Shown here: one piece after another, positions 35,532 through 38,939 of the stretch
How the letters are laid out: every line of letters starts with the position of its first letter
Position numbering within the stretch: position 1 is the stretch's first letter
Source of the DNA: a virus
Taxonomy: Duplodnaviria > Caudoviricetes
Reading direction: 5' to 3' (one strand)
DNA: 38,939 nt
IMG/VR virus record: IMGVR_UViG_3300037483_000543
Location: 1 to 38,939 of that record
The notes under the pieces: model-generated
What the model saw: the letters and a program-made list of their open reading frames with translations, nothing else
The model's database searches: none
Told to the model about the DNA's origin: nothing
Translations under genes and position numbers: made by a program

Positions 35532-35930
35532 TTATTCTTTTTTCTGCATGACCGAATCAATATAAGAATCAATTATTTTCTTTGTGGTTTTGTCGGTTTC
35601 AATAACACCCGCCGAACCAAGAATATAGATTTCCTTAGCTGAAAGATCAGTTAAGAAATCTTCACCGGTAACTTTCCCGTCCCGGATCACGCCGCCTTTT
35701 TTTGCGATACCACGCCTTTTTGTGTTATCTTCACCGTAAACATCACCGATAATATTTTTGGCAATATTGAAGTGTTTCCCGTCAATAGTTGCGGAATATC
35801 CAACCTGTAAAATTGATGGCTTGATCTTAAATTTTGTCTTTTCAACCAAGGGATTATCTTTCACCCTGTATTTTTCTTCAACATCTTTTTCTTTTGTCGA
35901 ATCGACATCTTTTTCTTTTATCTGTGCCAT
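35532..35930 (-). CDS. Hypothetical protein of the head region
   Basis: GGAG RBS; KEKDV duplication at the N-terminus. Confidence 0.7.
   Translation of the reverse strand: MAQIKEKDVDSTKEKDVEEKYRVKDNPLVEKTKFKIKPSILQVGYSATIDGKHFNIAKNIIGDVYGEDNTKRRGIAKKGGVIRDGKVTGEDFLTDLSAKEIYILGSAGVIETDKTTKKIIDSYIDSVMQKKE
35849..35884. repeat. 36-bp exact repeat, copy 2
   Basis: Identical to 27873-27908 and encodes the same peptide VEEKYRVKDNP. Confidence 0.95.
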
Positions 35931-35954
35931 TTTTCTAACTCCAATAAAATTTAA

Positions 35955-35987
35955 TATTATAAAGCCGGGTAAAAGAATTACCCGGTT
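35955..35987 (-). terminator. Hairpin/terminator after the MCP plus secreted-protein pair
   Basis: CCGGGTAA/TTACCCGG 8-bp stem immediately after the stop at 35991; short T tail. Confidence 0.55.
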
Positions 35988-35990
35988 AAA

Positions 35991-36398
35991 TTAGTCGCTT
36001 GCCATAACTCCCAAATAATAATTAGTTGACACCCCGGAATTAGCCAACCTGGTTACAATCCACCGGAAATAATTTGCGCCGGGAACCTCATTCGTCCCGT
36101 AACCTTTTAAATTAATTCCAAGTGCCGCGCCGGTATTTGATGCGGTCGTGAAGGTGTCTAAAACTTCAACAAAATTTGTCAAATTTCCCATTTTGTATTG
36201 AGTTTTAATTTCGACAACAAGCGAATCATTCGAATGCACAAACAATGATAAATTATCATTATTGTAATTTAAGAATGAAGTCGTATCCGCCGCGTTTGCG
36301 GCTGTCAAAGTTCCGATTAGAACATATTTTTGAGCCGTGATGTTGACAGTAAGAATCAATGTGATTGCTGCCAACATACCTAAAAATCCTTTTTTCAT
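35991..36398 (-). CDS. Signal-peptide-bearing beta-rich protein directly after MCP (decoration-protein position)
   Basis: MKKGFLGMLAAITLILTVNITA-Q; mature part about 113 aa with GANYFRWIVT. Confidence 0.7.
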   Translation of the reverse strand: MKKGFLGMLAAITLILTVNITAQKYVLIGTLTAANAADTTSFLNYNNDNLSLFVHSNDSLVVEIKTQYKMGNLTNFVEVLDTFTTASNTGAALGINLKGYGTNEVPGANYFRWIVTRLANSGVSTNYYLGVMASD

Positions 36399-36450
36399 TT
36401 TTCTATCTCACTATTTTAATAATTGAAAAAAATAAGTATTTGGAAACCCC

Positions 36451-37443
36451 TTAAAGGGTTTTTACTTCAGCAATCCTGATTAATTTATCATCATCAGCAA
36501 CTTTTGTCCAGTTCGAACCGGTCGCGAGTTGCGTATTGGTCGGGTTAACAGTTGAAACTCCCCATTTAACACCGGGTAAATGTACAAGGTACGACATCCT
36601 GGTAATGATTCCATCAATACCGCCGGAAACTATTGCATTTCGATAAAGTTCAATTTCAATGTTTCCAGCGCGAACAATGTTCGCATTGTTAAACTGGTTC
36701 ATCGGTCTTGGACGTGTCTTATAAATCATCGCTCCGCGCATTGCTAAATATGTACTGTAAACACTCGATACAGCTTCGAGTAAATCCGATATTGTCGGTA
36801 CCATACCCAAGATCATTGGAATTAAACCGGTTGCAAATGCCTGATCAGATCTTTGAGTAGTTACTTGCAAATTTTGAGAAACAGCGTCGGTATGGACTTT
36901 TGAATTCATGACAATTGTAGAAAGAAAATCCTTATTATCTCCCAAAAGCTGTTTACCCGCAAGTAAAGATTCCGGGCTGATAATTCCGGCTGTGTACGTG
37001 TTGCCGGTCGAATGACTTGAAAGTAAAGCAGTTGTAAAGGCGCCGGTAAGAACTTTAACGGCGGATGTATGAATTTCACGCGCCCAATATGTTGCAAGTG
37101 CATTAACAACCGACCGGGTGGGATCTCTTTTCGCAATGAGATTCAAAATTGTTTCGGCGTCCCATGCATCTTCCCGCTCGATCCATACAGCGATATCTTT
37201 AAAGTCTCCAACTTCCTTGAACACTGTTTCGCCGCCTGAAGTGATTTGAACGGACGGACCGGCAATGCTTTTAACCTGTGCAACTGAAGCAAACTGCCCG
37301 CCCTGATTTGCAGGGATTAAAGCGTCGGATGCTGGAACCAATAAGCCGGATGAAAGTAACCCAACGCGATGGGTGAATTCCATTTCCAGCGCATCGGCGA
37401 AAACTTCCGATTGAAAATTTATATCATTTAATGAAGTAGCCAT
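36451..37443 (-). CDS. Major capsid protein (SPP1 gp13-like, HK97 fold)
   Basis: 330 aa after scaffold; C-terminal HLPGVKW...NPTNTQLATGSNWTKV...KLIRIAEVKT. Confidence 0.88.
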   Translation of the reverse strand: MATSLNDINFQSEVFADALEMEFTHRVGLLSSGLLVPASDALIPANQGGQFASVAQVKSIAGPSVQITSGGETVFKEVGDFKDIAVWIEREDAWDAETILNLIAKRDPTRSVVNALATYWAREIHTSAVKVLTGAFTTALLSSHSTGNTYTAGIISPESLLAGKQLLGDNKDFLSTIVMNSKVHTDAVSQNLQVTTQRSDQAFATGLIPMILGMVPTISDLLEAVSSVYSTYLAMRGAMIYKTRPRPMNQFNNANIVRAGNIEIELYRNAIVSGGIDGIITRMSYLVHLPGVKWGVSTVNPTNTQLATGSNWTKVADDDKLIRIAEVKTL

Positions 37444-37463
37444 AATTTTTTAACTCCGAATTT

Positions 37464-38144
37464 TTATTTTTCGTAATCTGCTTCTTGCTCGTTTTTCAGC
37501 TTTTCATAATGTGTCGAATTTGTTTTTTTCATTTCAGTCAATTCAGCAAAAGTATAATCATTGAATTTTTTATTAACATCAATTTTTAGCTTTTTAGTTG
37601 AATTATCATCGACAAATATTCCTGATTTTTCCTGAATTTCGACATACTCCCTTAATGTTGGTAAATCATCTTTCATTTTTTCGGCAAAGGTTCGGGCATC
37701 TGAGCCTTCCGGCAATTTTTCAATTAAGGACTTAGAAATATCAGCCTTAATAGATTTGTTTTCTTCATCCGCCTTGGTATATTTTCCTTTGATATCATTA
37801 AGTTCGGTTTCCGCCGATGTGACTTTGTCGGCTAGTTCCGTAGCCTTTTGTTTTTGTTCGTCGAATAATTCCTTGAAATCAATATTTTTCGCGCCGTCTG
37901 CAACTTGTTTTTCCAAGTTTTTAATTTCGGTTTTGAGTTCATCACGTTTTGCAAACGCCTTTTTCGCCTCTGATTTCTGGAATTCAACATCCTTTTCCAA
38001 GTCTGTTAGTTTTTGCTTTGATGTGTTAACTTCGCCTTCCAGCTTGGTATGAGAATCATAAACTTTTTTTAATGATGAAATTTGGGCGTCTGATAAATCA
38101 TCTTTTTTCATCCCAAATTGTTCTAACCATTTTTCAAAATCCAT
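37464..38144 (-). CDS. Capsid scaffolding protein
   Basis: Long K/E/D-rich coiled coil directly upstream of MCP. Confidence 0.8.
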   Translation of the reverse strand: MDFEKWLEQFGMKKDDLSDAQISSLKKVYDSHTKLEGEVNTSKQKLTDLEKDVEFQKSEAKKAFAKRDELKTEIKNLEKQVADGAKNIDFKELFDEQKQKATELADKVTSAETELNDIKGKYTKADEENKSIKADISKSLIEKLPEGSDARTFAEKMKDDLPTLREYVEIQEKSGIFVDDNSTKKLKIDVNKKFNDYTFAELTEMKKTNSTHYEKLKNEQEADYEK

Positions 38145-38201
38145 TGAATTTACCCCGGCGTCCGCCTTTTTGATGAATAAAATTATTGAAGTGTTGAAGT
38201 G

Positions 38202-38230
38202 AACATATAATTATTAAAATAAAATAGCAA
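38202..38230 (-). promoter_or_regulatory. Putative promoter TTGCTA-N17-TATGTT for scaffold/MCP
   Basis: 17-bp spacer; intergenic. Confidence 0.55.
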
Positions 38231-38231
38231 A

Positions 38232-38822
38232 TTAGCCTATAACGATTTTTATCTCCCCGGCGGAATATTTGTAACCAAGTCGATCGAGTTCCGCCGAAAT
38301 TAATGACTTTACAAAACCTTTGTTTTCTTCACTCAATCCAGTCATATCATAACCTTTTTTTAAATTTCCTAAAGCTTTCAAGGCTTGCCTTTCTTGTGAA
38401 AAACCGATTTCAACATAAAACTTTCCAACACCGGTAACATCATAATCTTTCATCATGCTGTTTGTTAGGTGAAGATTTACAAATTTTGTTTCTGTATTTG
38501 TGGAAACACCTTCGAATCCTTTTAGTTTACGATTTCGATTTGTAACCCTTCCAGTTTTTTTACTGATTGAAATCCGCGTCAATTTTTTTGCTCCGACAAT
38601 CCGTCCGGTTGCTTTGTTTATTTTTCCGCCCGCCGAAACCCGCCGCATAGAATTTGCTTTATACTTTTTATATTGTTCCGACCGGTACCGGTGATTTGAA
38701 CTATTGTCCTGCATTTTTCCCTTAATCAAATCAGCGCGGACACGCCTAACAATTCGCGCCCCGGTTCTTCGCCAAAAGCCTTCATCGAAATCGAATAGTT
38801 TTTCAGTCTTTAAAACAGACAT
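38232..38822 (-). CDS. Basic virion morphogenesis protein (Mu gpG-like)
   Basis: YRSEQYKKYK and VNLHLTNSMMKD motifs; between the MuF locus and scaffold. Confidence 0.6.
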   Translation of the reverse strand: MSVLKTEKLFDFDEGFWRRTGARIVRRVRADLIKGKMQDNSSNHRYRSEQYKKYKANSMRRVSAGGKINKATGRIVGAKKLTRISISKKTGRVTNRNRKLKGFEGVSTNTETKFVNLHLTNSMMKDYDVTGVGKFYVEIGFSQERQALKALGNLKKGYDMTGLSEENKGFVKSLISAELDRLGYKYSAGEIKIVIG

Positions 38823-38939
38823 TATTTTTCCTTTCCAAAATCATACTGTTCAAAAACAATATCATTTTCTTGATCTGGATGCTTTTTATTGTGATCAAAT
38901 TCTCCGTACCAAATCTCCAATGGGATTGAAGTTTTTGCG
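38790..38939. repeat. Terminal direct repeat, copy 2
   Basis: Matches 1-150. Confidence 0.95.

Noticed and set aside
27873-35884. 36-bp repeat as a DGR template/variable pair or CRISPR unit
   Set aside because: The copies are identical (no adenine-specific differences), no reverse transcriptase or cas gene is present, and there is no array.
802-37136. Nested minus-strand alternative-frame ORFs (802-1002, 3345-3536, 5162-5404, 6514-6711, 12149-12352, 22098-22424, 26506-26703, 29229-29702, 35263-35451, 36906-37136)
   Set aside because: They overlap better-supported genes and show no RBS or motif support.
1371-38694. All plus-strand ORFs in the track (e.g. 5007-5486, 18584-18982, 17618-17971)
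   Set aside because: They are antisense shadows of well-supported minus-strand genes or elements, mostly with TTG/GTG starts and no recognisable motifs.
38916-38939. Four mismatches between the terminal repeat copies, as possible hypervariation
   Set aside because: They cluster in the last 24 nt of the contig, consistent with a low-quality read end. The repeat cuts through genes, so it is an assembly overlap rather than a proven physical terminal repeat.
1-38939. tRNA/rRNA genes or stop-codon reassignment
   Set aside because: No cloverleaf was seen in the short intergenic gaps, and genes are full length under the standard code with TAA, TGA and TAG all used as stops.

Overview
This window is an essentially complete, circularly assembled genome (about 38,789 bp unique; bases 1-150 recur at 38790-38939) of an AT-rich tailed dsDNA phage with siphovirus-type organisation. 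Every credible gene is on the minus strand. In transcription order the modules are: Mu-gpG-like morphogenesis protein, scaffold, SPP1-gp13-like major capsid protein, head-tail genes, tail tube, frameshifted tail chaperone, tape measure, hub and receptor-binding protein; a five-gene lysis/membrane cassette; a sigma factor; small early genes; recombination/replication genes (gp157-like, DnaQ-like exonuclease, Mgm101/Rad52-like annealase, initiator with iterons, NinG, ParB-like); regulators; three orphan DNA methyltransferases; then TerS, TerL, portal and a MuF-metallopeptidase fusion. I found no integrase. Signal-peptide style and promoter motifs point to an FCB-group host that still uses Shine-Dalgarno sites (Ignavibacteria/Calditrichota-like; inference). 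The most notable observations are: (1) Sec signal peptides on proteins in virion-gene positions, with strong enrichment of D-(S/T)-X O-glycosylation sequons in the exported proteins, plus a phage-encoded GT-C-like membrane protein; (2) a histone-fold protein; (3) two inverted 82-bp palindromic elements flanking the replication module; (4) an exact 36-bp segment shared by two unrelated structural genes; (5) a TerL with several non-canonical catalytic motifs; (6) a sigma54-type promoter. All assignments come from manual motif recognition; no database searches were run.
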